Made by a program: the position numbers and the translations under genes. The notes under the pieces were generated by a model. It was not told the DNA's origin. It did not search any database and was given only the letters and a program-made list of their open reading frames with translations. Positions 10,356 to 19,806 of a DNA stretch of 64,000 bases are shown piece after piece. Numbering within the stretch: the first letter of the stretch is position 1; each line of letters opens with the position of its first letter. Source of the DNA: Candidatus Peregrinibacteria bacterium (lineage in GTDB: Bacteria > Patescibacteriota > Gracilibacteria > Peribacterales > Peribacteraceae); assembly GCA_016196225.1 (NCBI GenBank), contig JACPXZ010000025.1, forward strand, positions 1,102 through 65,101. Reading direction: 5' to 3'.

Positions 10356-12227
10356 TTATGGTGCGCCTCCTGCCGGTCTGGGGGGAGGAGGGGGTTTATT
10401 GATATTGTCTGCAATTTGCCCGATTGTGGCGTCGGTAAGACCGATGGTATCCTTCTTGGTCTGACTCAATGCATTAGTGGTACTTAAGCCGTGGAGAAAA
10501 TTAGCAACATTTGTTTTATCAACGTTCGTTTTTCCTGCGATATTAATACGATCAATGGCTTCTTTGATCTTGTTATCTCTATTCGCTCCCGTATCTTTAA
10601 CCGCTGCCGCAAGGTCTTTCACAGCAGCTCCCATGTTGTTGACCGCTGAATTGTCCGTTTCTAGATGTGCAGCGCTCTCTCGAACCCTTTTCTCTTCGGG
10701 GGGTGTTCCACGTGCACGATCACCCATCCCCTTGATTGCCTCCCCCAAATTTCTACTGTTGTCGATGGCGCCTTCCCATGCTTTTGGCGAAGCCATCTTC
10801 ATGGCGCCGAGTAGTGATGGGGAAGTCTTAGAACCGGGAATGAGAGGAATCGATGAGGCGGGGATCTTCCACGCGAGGCGACCAACAGTCTTCCCCGCAT
10901 CGGCGATTTGTCCCGATATGCCTCCGACGATCGGTGTCCCTTTGAGGACGCTGAACACGCCGATCCAGAGGACGAGTTGGGCCATGAGGAACCAAATGAG
11001 ATCGTAGAGATTAGATACCATGGGCAAGCCGAGTTTTATATTCTTCAATAAATCTGCTCCCGTCCCTTGGGCACCGCCGGCACATTGCAGTTGCGCGCCG
11101 GCCTGGATGAGGATAAACCCGACGGCGAGAGGGATCGCGACGAGCGCGGGGAGAAAGGCGAATTTGAGGAAGGTGTCCCAGATGGCCTTGGGCCCCTCGC
11201 CGCCGATAAATTTTTGGACCTTGTCTCCGCCGATAAAGGCAAGGAAAGCAAACGGCATAAAGGCGATCGTGATCCAGAGCACGGGGATACGGACGAACAT
11301 CGCCATCGTTATGGCTGCCAACGGGAAGACGAGAGAGAATGCGATGACAACGATAAGTCCCATTTTTATGAGTAAAACCAGCTGATCGGCAAATTGATTG
11401 GGGCCGGGAAAGGTAATCGGAACATTTGCCATTTGTTGCAATGCGGCATGGTTGATAATGAGACCGTTAATGATCGATGCGTGTCCGGCCGTCTGACTAA
11501 AGTTTATGGGCCCTTTTTTATAGCAGATCAGATTTTGGCCGATACATTCCCATCCGACGACAGATGGGAGGAGGGGGGTAGCGGTGGGGTAGGAAAGACA
11601 AGGGTCCGGTGGCGGAGTGCTTGAAGTGCAATCCTTGACAAAGAAGTCCATATTGGTAATCCCCTCATAGGGAATCGAAGTGGGGACGCCGCCGATACTT
11701 TTGCAAAATTGAGGATTGGTTCCGAGCAGCATCGCGGGGATGTCATAGACGGCGGCTGTAAGAACATTGGCGACATCGAGGATCACGCGGGGGAAGAACC
11801 ACGAAAAGTTGACAAGGATCACCGCCAAGACAAACTTCCCAAGATATTCTTTGATGAATTCTTTTTTCGCGGTAATGACCATGTAGACGGCAACACCGGC
11901 GAGAACAAAGGCGAAAATGACATTCATGATATCCCGCGAGAGTTGCCAAATGTTGTTGAGTGATGTTTCAAGGTTACTCGTTCCTGCTCCTGATCTTGCC
12001 ATATCGAAGATGAAGGTAGGATCGAGAAAGACCGTGAGGAGACTGAAGAAGACAAAGGAAAGCGTTGTTGCCATCATAATGAGGAATCCCATGGCTGAGG
12101 TAGCATCGTTTCCAAGCCCGCTCAACATATCCCCGAAGGGATTGGCGGCGTGCGCAGTCTCGATAAAGAGAATGCTTATGAATGTGACTGTGCTGCAATG
12201 CAGGAGGAATTTATATTTTTGTGACAT
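10356..12227 (-). CDS. TrbL/VirB6-like multi-pass membrane protein (CPR type)
   Basis: WQLSRDIMN...AVILVNFSWFFPRVILDVAN, RIPVLWITIAFMPFAF; start at ATG 12227. Confidence 0.65.
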   Translation of the reverse strand: MSQKYKFLLHCSTVTFISILFIETAHAANPFGDMLSGLGNDATSAMGFLIMMATTLSFVFFSLLTVFLDPTFIFDMARSGAGTSNLETSLNNIWQLSRDIMNVIFAFVLAGVAVYMVITAKKEFIKEYLGKFVLAVILVNFSWFFPRVILDVANVLTAAVYDIPAMLLGTNPQFCKSIGGVPTSIPYEGITNMDFFVKDCTSSTPPPDPCLSYPTATPLLPSVVGWECIGQNLICYKKGPINFSQTAGHASIINGLIINHAALQQMANVPITFPGPNQFADQLVLLIKMGLIVVIAFSLVFPLAAITMAMFVRIPVLWITIAFMPFAFLAFIGGDKVQKFIGGEGPKAIWDTFLKFAFLPALVAIPLAVGFILIQAGAQLQCAGGAQGTGADLLKNIKLGLPMVSNLYDLIWFLMAQLVLWIGVFSVLKGTPIVGGISGQIADAGKTVGRLAWKIPASSIPLIPGSKTSPSLLGAMKMASPKAWEGAIDNSRNLGEAIKGMGDRARGTPPEEKRVRESAAHLETDNSAVNNMGAAVKDLAAAVKDTGANRDNKIKEAIDRINIAGKTNVDKTNVANFLHGLSTTNALSQTKKDTIGLTDATIGQIADNINKPPPPPRPAGGAP

Positions 12228-12267
12228 TCGTATAAGTATAGCAGAATTTGGGGGGGAGGAGTAGTCA

Positions 12268-12306
12268 GATCCCCTCTCCCTAACCCCCTCTCCGATGGGG
12301 AGGGAA
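12268..12306 (-). repeat. Family A palindromic element
   Basis: Reverse complement TTCCCTCCCCATCGGAGAGGGGGTTAGGGAGAGGGGATC. Confidence 0.85.
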
Positions 12307-12534
12307 AATCCGCTTCCTCTTGCGGAATAACATTGTACCACAAATGCCGATCAGATGTGAGTAGAAATTGTGATCATGGGAATGATCATTCTATATAAAA
12401 TATACGGTTTATTATTGATTTTAGGCCAAAATATATGTACAAAATTTGTATTCTCATGTATGAATAACTTTCTTGCACTTTGTATTCACTCATGACTACT
12501 GTTTGTATACATGACTTTTTTCCTCTTTTTTTGA

Positions 12535-13125
12535 ATGGCTCCGGTCGTCATCCTTAAGGCGCTCTTTAGTTCACAAACACGGGTCAAACTTCTTTCAACG
12601 TTCCTCCTCCATCCGGAGGAAGAATATTTTATCCGTGAATTGACACGACTCTTAAGTGAACAAATCAATTCGATCCGTCGGGAGCTCGAAAACTTAAGAC
12701 GGGTCGGTCTGGTAAAGGCGCGTCACAAAATGCGCAAAAAGTATTACCGGATCAATCCGGAGTTTTTGTTGTACAAAGATTTGCAGAGTCTGTTCTCCAA
12801 GGTGGTGCAGGGAGAGAGCCCCCTCATCACCAGCCTTAAAAATATTCCCGGGATGCAGATGCTGCTCCTTGCGGGGACGTTTTGCGGGACCGAGAGTAAA
12901 GTGGATATTCTTGCGGTCGGCAATGTCCGGAAGGAAATGCTCGAAGGGGTTCTTGCGCAGGATCCTTCCATGAAGCATGTAAAGTATTCGATTTTTTCGA
13001 CCGCGGATTTTTTGTATCGCGTGAGTCTCCGTGATCGTTTTGTCATGGAGATCCTCAATGACCCCCGACACTTGATTGTTCTCAATACTATTGTGCAAGA
13101 GATTGAATCGGCAAGAGAACGATAG
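12535..13125 (+). CDS. Winged-helix transcription regulator with nucleotidyltransferase-like C-terminus
   Basis: LFSSQTRVKLL..FIRELTR..INSIRRELENL; VDILAVG. Confidence 0.75.
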   Translation: MAPVVILKALFSSQTRVKLLSTFLLHPEEEYFIRELTRLLSEQINSIRRELENLRRVGLVKARHKMRKKYYRINPEFLLYKDLQSLFSKVVQGESPLITSLKNIPGMQMLLLAGTFCGTESKVDILAVGNVRKEMLEGVLAQDPSMKHVKYSIFSTADFLYRVSLRDRFVMEILNDPRHLIVLNTIVQEIESARER

Positions 13126-13139
13126 TACTGTGAGTAGTC

Positions 13140-13559
13140 ATGTCGACTGAGATTCTCCTTGCGCGGATGGGACTCTCCCTTGCGTGCGGGATGGTCATCG
13201 GATGGGATCGGGAACGCAAACACAAACCGGCAGGGGTCCGTACCATTACCTTGGTTTGTATGGGGTCAACGTTGATGATGCTGACGGCCCTATTACTCAC
13301 ACACGAAGCGGAGGGCGCTTCGTCGGATGTGATCCGCATGTTGCAGGGGATTGTAACCGGAATTGGATTTTTAGGAGCGGGGACGGTGATTCAGCTTGAA
13401 GACCGGGTACAGGGACTGACAACCGCAGCGGCAATCTGGATTACCGGAGCGATCGGAGCGGCGGTGGGAGCGGGATATTATGCTTTGGCAATGATGGGTA
13501 CTCTCCTTGCGCTGGCCATTATTTCGCTCAATATAAAGAACGGTTTTCCTCATCCATAA
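13140..13559 (+). CDS. MgtC/SapB family protein
   Basis: IGWDRE..KPAGVRT, GIGFLGAG, GLTTAAAIW. Confidence 0.92.
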   Translation: MSTEILLARMGLSLACGMVIGWDRERKHKPAGVRTITLVCMGSTLMMLTALLLTHEAEGASSDVIRMLQGIVTGIGFLGAGTVIQLEDRVQGLTTAAAIWITGAIGAAVGAGYYALAMMGTLLALAIISLNIKNGFPHP

Positions 13560-13595
13560 GTTAAAGATGTCCTTTTTTAACCAAGGGTAAGTTCG

Positions 13596-13623
13596 TTGAC
13601 ACGAGGCGTTTTTACTCTATCCT
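13596..13623 (+). promoter_or_regulatory. Sigma70-type promoter for rplS
   Basis: TTGACA-N16-TATCCT. Confidence 0.55.
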
Positions 13624-13634
13624 AAAGCCCTCAA

Positions 13635-14087
13635 GTGACATCCACCATGATCCATGAGCAGGCGAAGCGATTTGTGCGGCAAGTGCCCGACATTCGTCCG
13701 GGGTATACCGTGCGTGTCCATGAAGTGGTACAGGAAGGGGGTAAAGAACGTATTCAGATCTTTGAGGGGTTGGTGATTACCATGCATAAGGGACACTGCC
13801 TAACGGATCGGAGTATGACGATTCGTCGCATTGTCTCGGGTGTTGGTATCGAGAAAATTGTCCCTTTACACTCACCGCTCATCACAAAGATCGATGTCAA
13901 GAAAGTCGCACAAGTGCGTCGGGCAAAGCTGACGTTCCTTCGGGGGAGGCAGGGGAAATCCGCCCGTCTTAATGAGCGGTTTACAACATCGGATGAGTTT
14001 AATGTGGCGGTTTCAGCCCCAGCGAAGGAGGTCGATAAAGCGAATGAAGCTACAAGTCCCGAAGAGAACCCTTTGGGTCTAAACTAG
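13635..14087 (+). CDS. rplS: 50S ribosomal protein L19
   Basis: PDIRPGYTVRVH, ERIQIFEG, VRRAKL. Confidence 0.95.
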   Translation: MTSTMIHEQAKRFVRQVPDIRPGYTVRVHEVVQEGGKERIQIFEGLVITMHKGHCLTDRSMTIRRIVSGVGIEKIVPLHSPLITKIDVKKVAQVRRAKLTFLRGRQGKSARLNERFTTSDEFNVAVSAPAKEVDKANEATSPEENPLGLN

Positions 14088-14091
14088 CGAG

Positions 14092-15129
14092 GTGCGATAT
14101 CTTCTTATTGGGAATTACGGCGTCGGTAACCTCGGTGATGAGGCTCTCCGGGGGTATTTTTTGGATGCTTTTCCAGCGGCGCCCTGTAGTGATGCGAAAG
14201 CATCTACTACTGGGGAAGTGGAGTGGGTGGTGGTGTCGACAGATGTTCCTCGGTTGCCGTTGGGAGCGCGATCATTCTTTGGAACACCGTGGTGGAAGAC
14301 CGTACGGGCATATGTGAAATCGGATGGTATTGTCTTTGGTGGTGGATCACTTTTTACGGACAGCGAATCGATAAAAGCCCCGCTTCTTTGGTGGTGGCAT
14401 GCGGTGGTTGCATGGGTCTTCAGGAAACCAATTTTTTTGGCTTTTCAGGGAGTGGGACCCTTCCGAACAACATTGGGAGAGTGGCTCACGCGATGGGTAG
14501 TGCAGCATGCAACATTTGTTTCTGTTCGTGATCGTGCTTCATTCGACCGAGTACGACAATGGCGGAGCGATATTGTCCTTACATTCGATCCTGTTCTGAT
14601 TTCCCTTTCCTCGGCAGAGTACCCCCCCCATTGGGGAGGGATGAAGGGGGGGGGTGGAGATTTGTTTGACCCCCTCTCCCTATCCCTCTCCCCTAGGGAG
14701 AGGGAAATGTTAGTTGTCATCCCCCGTTCGAATTCAGGTGCCGTATTTATCGATCGAGCTCTGGCCATTTACAACCAACAATCGTTTGATCATGTTTTGA
14801 TTCTCTCTCTCCAGCCGAATTGCTCTTGCGAAAAAGCAGTCTGTAAAAAAATTCAGGAACACATTCCTCCTGCTCAAATTCTCTCTGTCCATTCTCTGAG
14901 TGAATTTTCTCACATCATGGTATCCGCCTCTTTTATCCTTTCGCAGCGCTATCATGGAGCACTCGCAGCGCTGGCCCTGGGGGTTCCTTTTGAAACGATG
15001 GCGCAGGCGGAAGGGGACAAACTGTCCATGCTCAAGAATACCTCAAAAGAAGAGGCTCTAAAACTTGTGCAGGACGGTGAACATGCACTACGTTTAGTTC
15101 TCCTTCGCAGAGCTTCGCAGAATATATGA
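14092..15129 (+). CDS. Polysaccharide pyruvyl transferase (CsaB-like)
   Basis: GNYGVGNLGDEA, FGGGSLFTD, QGVGP, VSVRD, RYHG. Confidence 0.85.
   Translation: MRYLLIGNYGVGNLGDEALRGYFLDAFPAAPCSDAKASTTGEVEWVVVSTDVPRLPLGARSFFGTPWWKTVRAYVKSDGIVFGGGSLFTDSESIKAPLLWWWHAVVAWVFRKPIFLAFQGVGPFRTTLGEWLTRWVVQHATFVSVRDRASFDRVRQWRSDIVLTFDPVLISLSSAEYPPHWGGMKGGGGDLFDPLSLSLSPREREMLVVIPRSNSGAVFIDRALAIYNQQSFDHVLILSLQPNCSCEKAVCKKIQEHIPPAQILSVHSLSEFSHIMVSASFILSQRYHGALAALALGVPFETMAQAEGDKLSMLKNTSKEEALKLVQDGEHALRLVLLRRASQNI
14181..14215 (+). repeat. Family E palindromic element inside CDS
   Basis: GCCCTGTAGTGATGCGAAAGCATCTACTACTGGGG vs reverse complement of 29828-29861 GCCCTGCAGTGATACGAAGTGTCTACTGCGGGGG. Confidence 0.8.
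14622..14706. repeat. Family A inverted doublet inside CDS
   Basis: Encodes PPHWGGMKGGG..DPLSLSLSPRERE; second copy matches 32927-32968. Confidence 0.88.
15098..15123 (+). repeat. Family F hairpin inside CDS 3' end
   Basis: TTCTCCTTCGCAGAGCTTCGCAGAAT vs TTCTGCTTCGCAAGCTTCGCAGAAT after tRNA-Gln. Confidence 0.7.
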
Positions 15130-16940
15130 ATATACGAAATTTTTGCATTATTGCCCATATTGACCATGGCAAGTCCACTCTTGCGGATCGGATGATGGAG
15201 AAGACGGAGACACTCGCGCAGCGGGAACTCAAGGAACAGCATCTCGATACCATGGATTTGGAGCGGGAGCGGGGGATCACGATCAAACTGACACCGGTGC
15301 GGATGCACTGGCAAGGGGTGACGTTAAATCTTATTGATACTCCCGGTCATACGGATTTTCGGTATGAAGTGAGCCGCAGTTTGGCTGCGGTGGAAGGGGC
15401 GATTCTTCTTGTGGATGCTTCGCAGGGGATCCAGGCACAGACATTGGCAGTACTGTATATGGCGATGGAACATTCTCTTACCATCATTCCTGTTCTCAAT
15501 AAAATCGATCTTCCAGCGGCGGATCCGGAGCGGGTGAGTCGGGATGTAGTCAAGCTCTTAAATTGCAAACAAGAAGATATTCTTTTGATTTCCGCCAAAG
15601 AGGGGAAGGGGATCGAGGAGGTTCTTGATGCTGTTGTGGCAAGAATTCCTGCACCCGCGTGTCATGCTGAGCGTAGTCGAAGCATGGCTCTCATCTTTGA
15701 TGCCCTTATGGATACCTATCGTGGGGCTGTTGCGTATGTGCGCATGGTGGAAGGGGAGTTTGCGAAGGGGGACCGCATTCACCTTATCGGGACCCACACA
15801 TCATTGGAGATTCAGGACACCGGACACTTCAGCCCCAAATATATTTCGGATCCAAAGCTCACCGAAGGACAAATCGGATACATTGTGACCGGCGCAAAAG
15901 ACGTTTTGCAGGTGCGTACGGGCGATACGATTGCCTCGTCAGGCGATCTCCCCCCGCTCCCAGGATATAAACATGTCCAACCGATGGTCTTTGCTGGGCT
16001 TTATCCAACGGATGCGGATGATTATCCGCAGTTACGAGAATCTCTTGAACGATTGTCGCTCAATGATGCCGCAATTGTTTTCGAAACGGAACGGAATGCG
16101 GCACTCGGTAACGGATTTCGGTGTGGTTTTTTGGGGCTGCTCCATATGGATATCGTGCAGGAGCGACTGGAACGGGAATACGATTGTGATCTCATCATCA
16201 CGGCGCCGAGTGTTCTTTATGAAGTACAATTGCAGGCCAAGAATCCCGGAGAAGTCGTGCGTACGAGTCTGCTCAAAGAAAATGAACCCGATACTGCGTG
16301 TATCAGTAACCCGGCGGATTTTCCGGATCCGACATATATTAAGGAGATACGCGAGCCATGGGTCACATTAGAGATTGTCTGTCGGAGTGACGACATCGGT
16401 CCCATTATGCAGATGGTCCAGAGTCGGCGCGGGGTTTACGAGGGGCTCGAGTATTTGGAGGGGGAGCGAGCGGTTCTTCATTTCGAAGTGCCATTACAGG
16501 GGATCGTGCTGGATTTTTTCGATCAGATGAAGTCTTTAAGTTCCGGTTATGCATCGATGAGCTACGAGCCATTGGGATATCGGTCAGGAGATTTGGTGAA
16601 ACTTCAGATCCTTCTTCTTGGTGAACCCACGGAAGCCTTAAGTACGATTGTTCATCGATCGGAAGGACATGCGGTGGGTTCTCTGGTTTGTAAAAGACTG
16701 AAAGATGTTTTACCAAAACAGCAGTTTCAGATACCGATACAAGCCGCGATTGGAGCGAAGATCGTTGCCCGCGAAACGCTTCCCGCTCTCCGTAAAGATG
16801 TGACAGGGTATTTGTACGGAGGAGATGTCTCGCGCAAAAAAAAGCTTCTCGAAAAGCAGAAGAAAGGCAAAAAGCGCATGAAGCAGTTTGGGAAGGTGAT
16901 GCTCACGCAGGAGGCTTTTTTAAGTGTGCTTAAGCGGTAG
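15126..16940 (+). CDS. lepA: Elongation factor 4 (LepA)
   Basis: IRNFCIIAHIDHGKSTLADR, GFRCGFLGLLH, YGGDVSRKKKLLEKQK. Confidence 0.98.
   Translation: MNIRNFCIIAHIDHGKSTLADRMMEKTETLAQRELKEQHLDTMDLERERGITIKLTPVRMHWQGVTLNLIDTPGHTDFRYEVSRSLAAVEGAILLVDASQGIQAQTLAVLYMAMEHSLTIIPVLNKIDLPAADPERVSRDVVKLLNCKQEDILLISAKEGKGIEEVLDAVVARIPAPACHAERSRSMALIFDALMDTYRGAVAYVRMVEGEFAKGDRIHLIGTHTSLEIQDTGHFSPKYISDPKLTEGQIGYIVTGAKDVLQVRTGDTIASSGDLPPLPGYKHVQPMVFAGLYPTDADDYPQLRESLERLSLNDAAIVFETERNAALGNGFRCGFLGLLHMDIVQERLEREYDCDLIITAPSVLYEVQLQAKNPGEVVRTSLLKENEPDTACISNPADFPDPTYIKEIREPWVTLEIVCRSDDIGPIMQMVQSRRGVYEGLEYLEGERAVLHFEVPLQGIVLDFFDQMKSLSSGYASMSYEPLGYRSGDLVKLQILLLGEPTEALSTIVHRSEGHAVGSLVCKRLKDVLPKQQFQIPIQAAIGAKIVARETLPALRKDVTGYLYGGDVSRKKKLLEKQKKGKKRMKQFGKVMLTQEAFLSVLKR
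15660..15686 (+). repeat. Family B element inside lepA
   Basis: TGTCATGCTGAGCGTAGTCGAAGCATG, encoding CHAERSRSM; matches both ends of 27632-27673. Confidence 0.85.
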
Positions 16941-17577
16941 CCCTATTTTTTAAAAACGGCTCAAAAATCGCATGGAGCATGTGCATGGCGAGAGCCTGCG
17001 AGCGTTCAAACGGGACTTTTATGCCACGGGATTGAAGATACCCTTCGAGGATAAAGGCGGTCAGTTGCAGAACAGTCCCATCCATATTCTTTTCGTCCAG
17101 GAGGATGGCGGAGAGGATGACCTTTCCGTCAATGGAAAGGACAAGTTGAATGCGGGTTAGCCATTGGATCAGGATCCGGTTGGTCTCGCTATCCAACCGG
17201 GTTTTTTTGGTTAGGATGATACTTTCTTCGACTGTTTTTTCCGCACTGCGCTCGCCTTCTTCGGCAAGATATTCCTGAACGCGTCGCAGACATTCTTCGT
17301 TAATGAGAGAGAGGAGGGCGAGGAGAAATACGGATGGACAGTTGCGAGAACAAAGCCGCGCGATAAGGGTAGAGAGATGCTTGCGCTGGTCGTCCGTGAG
17401 GAATTGGACGATGGCTCCGGCGATACCGGTGTCGCGTTTTTTTGATCGCTTCTCTTCTTTTCGGATCTGTGCAATGGCAGCGCTTGCGCCGGAAAAGCGT
17501 TGGCGCGCTTCTTCGCTTAATTCTTCCGATGCTCCTCCGGGTCCTTCGCTTACGTTAAAAGATTCCGGATCAGACAT
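16930..17577 (-). CDS. Hypothetical protein
   Basis: 215 aa helical ORF downstream of rpmA. Confidence 0.7.
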   Translation of the reverse strand: MSDPESFNVSEGPGGASEELSEEARQRFSGASAAIAQIRKEEKRSKKRDTGIAGAIVQFLTDDQRKHLSTLIARLCSRNCPSVFLLALLSLINEECLRRVQEYLAEEGERSAEKTVEESIILTKKTRLDSETNRILIQWLTRIQLVLSIDGKVILSAILLDEKNMDGTVLQLTAFILEGYLQSRGIKVPFERSQALAMHMLHAIFEPFLKNRATA

Positions 17578-17595
17578 ACAGGGAGCAGCGTACTC

Positions 17596-17871
17596 TTATT
17601 TTTCTACGGATACCACCGTGTGACGCTCCCGGTTTCCGTTGAACTTGGCCACGCGTTTGGTACAGAATTTTACAATACCATCGAGGGATGCATGGATGGT
17701 CCAATCGCTTCCGAGATGAGTGCCTTGCCCGGGACGAAACCAGAATCCCTTTTGGCGAATGAGCACTTCTCCCGCACGGACCGGATGTCCCCCAAAACAC
17801 TTCACGCCCCGGCGTTTTGCATTGCTATCTCTGCCGTTTTGGGTCGATCCCCCTGCTTTTTTATGAGCCAT
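17596..17871 (-). CDS. rpmA: 50S ribosomal protein L27
   Basis: [24 protein letters not shown]. Confidence 0.97.
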   Translation of the reverse strand: MAHKKAGGSTQNGRDSNAKRRGVKCFGGHPVRAGEVLIRQKGFWFRPGQGTHLGSDWTIHASLDGIVKFCTKRVAKFNGNRERHTVVSVEK

Positions 17872-17910
17872 AGTGCCCGGCATTATAGCCGGGAAATTCC
17901 AAATTCCAAG

Positions 17911-17987
<77 letters not shown>

Positions 17988-18003
17988 GGCTGATCCTACC
18001 GTA

Positions 18004-18471
18004 TTAAAGGGATCTCCTCAACTCCTCTATCTTCTCACGGTGAAAAAGGAAGAGCTTCCAATGTTCGATTATCGGCATTTGGCGAAGGGTTTCCTGATAG
18101 GTGGCTTCTTGAGTCTCGCGAGTAAGAGCGGGGTCAGGAGGAGAGAGAAAAGGTTTGGATGGGGTTTTATTGATAAGAAGAACGCGTTCTCCCGGATTCA
18201 CAAGTCCCAGGTTTTCTTTGGCGTGTTTATCTTTGTATTGATCGGAACGATAGTATTCGAGGTTGCGGTATCCCACCGTAATACTGTCGGAAATTTTTTG
18301 ATTTTGTTCTTCCATATCTTTGAGTGTTTGTTCGAAGATAATGTTGCGGTATACGGATTGTGCGAGGCCGAAGGCCATAATAGCGACCACGGTTAATCCT
18401 CCTACAATAGTAAGGCGTTTGCTGATGGGTTCGAGTGTGTGGTAGGGCAAGGCAAGTAGGCTGGTAGGCAA
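18004..18471 (-). CDS. Septum formation initiator (FtsB/DivIC-like); start uncertain
   Basis: TM plus coiled coil plus AKENLGLVNPGERV. Confidence 0.75.
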   Translation of the reverse strand: MPTSLLALPYHTLEPISKRLTIVGGLTVVAIMAFGLAQSVYRNIIFEQTLKDMEEQNQKISDSITVGYRNLEYYRSDQYKDKHAKENLGLVNPGERVLLINKTPSKPFLSPPDPALTRETQEATYQETLRQMPIIEHWKLFLFHREKIEELRRSL

Positions 18472-18482
18472 GTAGGCTGGTA
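18451..18482. repeat. 16-bp tandem duplication (GGCAAGTAGGCTGGTA)x2
   Basis: Exact direct repeat in the divergent ftsB-like/murC region. Confidence 0.8.
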
Positions 18483-18501
18483 GTAGAATAGAGCCTCTGT
18501 T

Positions 18502-19806
18502 ATGAAAATCTACTGCTCAGGGATCGGCGGCATCGGATTGAGCGCATATGCAGCTCTTCAAGAATCAGCGGGACATGCGGTCTCCGGCAGCGACCGATTA
18601 TCGAGTATCGTGACCGAGGATCTGATAAAACAGGGAATTCCTGTTTTTTGTAAACAGGATGGATCGCATGTTCCCGAAGACGCGGATCTGTTTGTATATT
18701 CGCAGGCCGTCCCTCCCGATGCCCCCGAACGGCTTTGTGCGCGAGAGCAGGGGATCCGATCGATGAGTTACTTCGAAGCATTGGGAGAATTGAGCAAAGA
18801 GTATCGAACCGTTATTGCGGTTTGCGGTTCTCATGGAAAGTCTTCGACAACGGCGATGACGGGAGTGATGATGGCCGATACGGGGAAGAACCCGACCGTT
18901 ATCGTAGGCACGCGGGTACCGCAATTTGATGGGAGGAACTGGCGTCGGGGAACAAAAGATTTTTTGCTCGTGGAAGCGTGTGAATATCGCAGTTCGTTCC
19001 TCAATTTTCAGCCGCATATCGTGCTTATGACGAATGGAGACTGGGATCATGTTGATGTATTCCCATCGCAAAAAGAGTACGAAGAGGCGTATGTGAGATT
19101 TTTACAACAAATTCCTGCCGACGGAATGCTCATCACCCATGGCAGCGATCCAACGTGCAATCGGGTGGGAACAGAGGCCGGATGTCACATCGTTGATGCG
19201 GATCAGAAACCAAAGATCGCTCTGCAGGTCCCCGGTGATCATATGAAAGAAAATGCACAGCTCGTTTTGGCACTGGCACGATACTTTGGGATCCCCGATG
19301 CACAGGTCGAGCGGTCACTCAAGAACTATCGTGGTTGCTGGCGTCGGATGGAACTGAAGGGATATCTTCAAAAAGCGGAAAACCGTATTCCGGTGATAGA
19401 TGATTATGCCCATCATCCCGCCGAGATTCGTGCCACGTTACGCGCACTCAAAGGGGCATATTCGAGCCGGCGTCTCGTTTGCATTTTTCAGCCGCACATG
19501 CACAATCGAACGTGGACATTTTATCATGAGTTTTGTAGCGCGTTTGGAGATGCCGACGTATTGGTGCTAACGGACGTCTACGATGCGCGAACTCACGTGG
19601 AAAAAGAGCGGATTGATATCCAGAAATTTGCGCGGGATATCGGGGCAACGTATAGCGGCGATCTTAAAGCAACCGAGAAGTACGTGCGATCTATCGCTGC
19701 AGGAGGCGATATTCTTGTTTGTATGGGTGCAGGAGATATTACAAATCTTGCCCTTTGTATATCTCAAGAATTTTCGAAAGAATCTTTGCCATCTCCGCGC
19801 GGTTAA
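18502..19806 (+). CDS. murC: UDP-N-acetylmuramate--L-alanine ligase
   Basis: GIGGIGLS, GSHGKSSTT, VEACEY, DDYAHHP, FQPH, MGAGDI. Confidence 0.95.
   Translation: MKIYCSGIGGIGLSAYAALQESAGHAVSGSDRLSSIVTEDLIKQGIPVFCKQDGSHVPEDADLFVYSQAVPPDAPERLCAREQGIRSMSYFEALGELSKEYRTVIAVCGSHGKSSTTAMTGVMMADTGKNPTVIVGTRVPQFDGRNWRRGTKDFLLVEACEYRSSFLNFQPHIVLMTNGDWDHVDVFPSQKEYEEAYVRFLQQIPADGMLITHGSDPTCNRVGTEAGCHIVDADQKPKIALQVPGDHMKENAQLVLALARYFGIPDAQVERSLKNYRGCWRRMELKGYLQKAENRIPVIDDYAHHPAEIRATLRALKGAYSSRRLVCIFQPHMHNRTWTFYHEFCSAFGDADVLVLTDVYDARTHVEKERIDIQKFARDIGATYSGDLKATEKYVRSIAAGGDILVCMGAGDITNLALCISQEFSKESLPSPRG

Noticed and set aside
19739-19806. 68-bp convergent overlap of murC and the SLH gene as a regulatory feature
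   Set aside because: Most simply a non-conserved tail after stop loss in a compact genome
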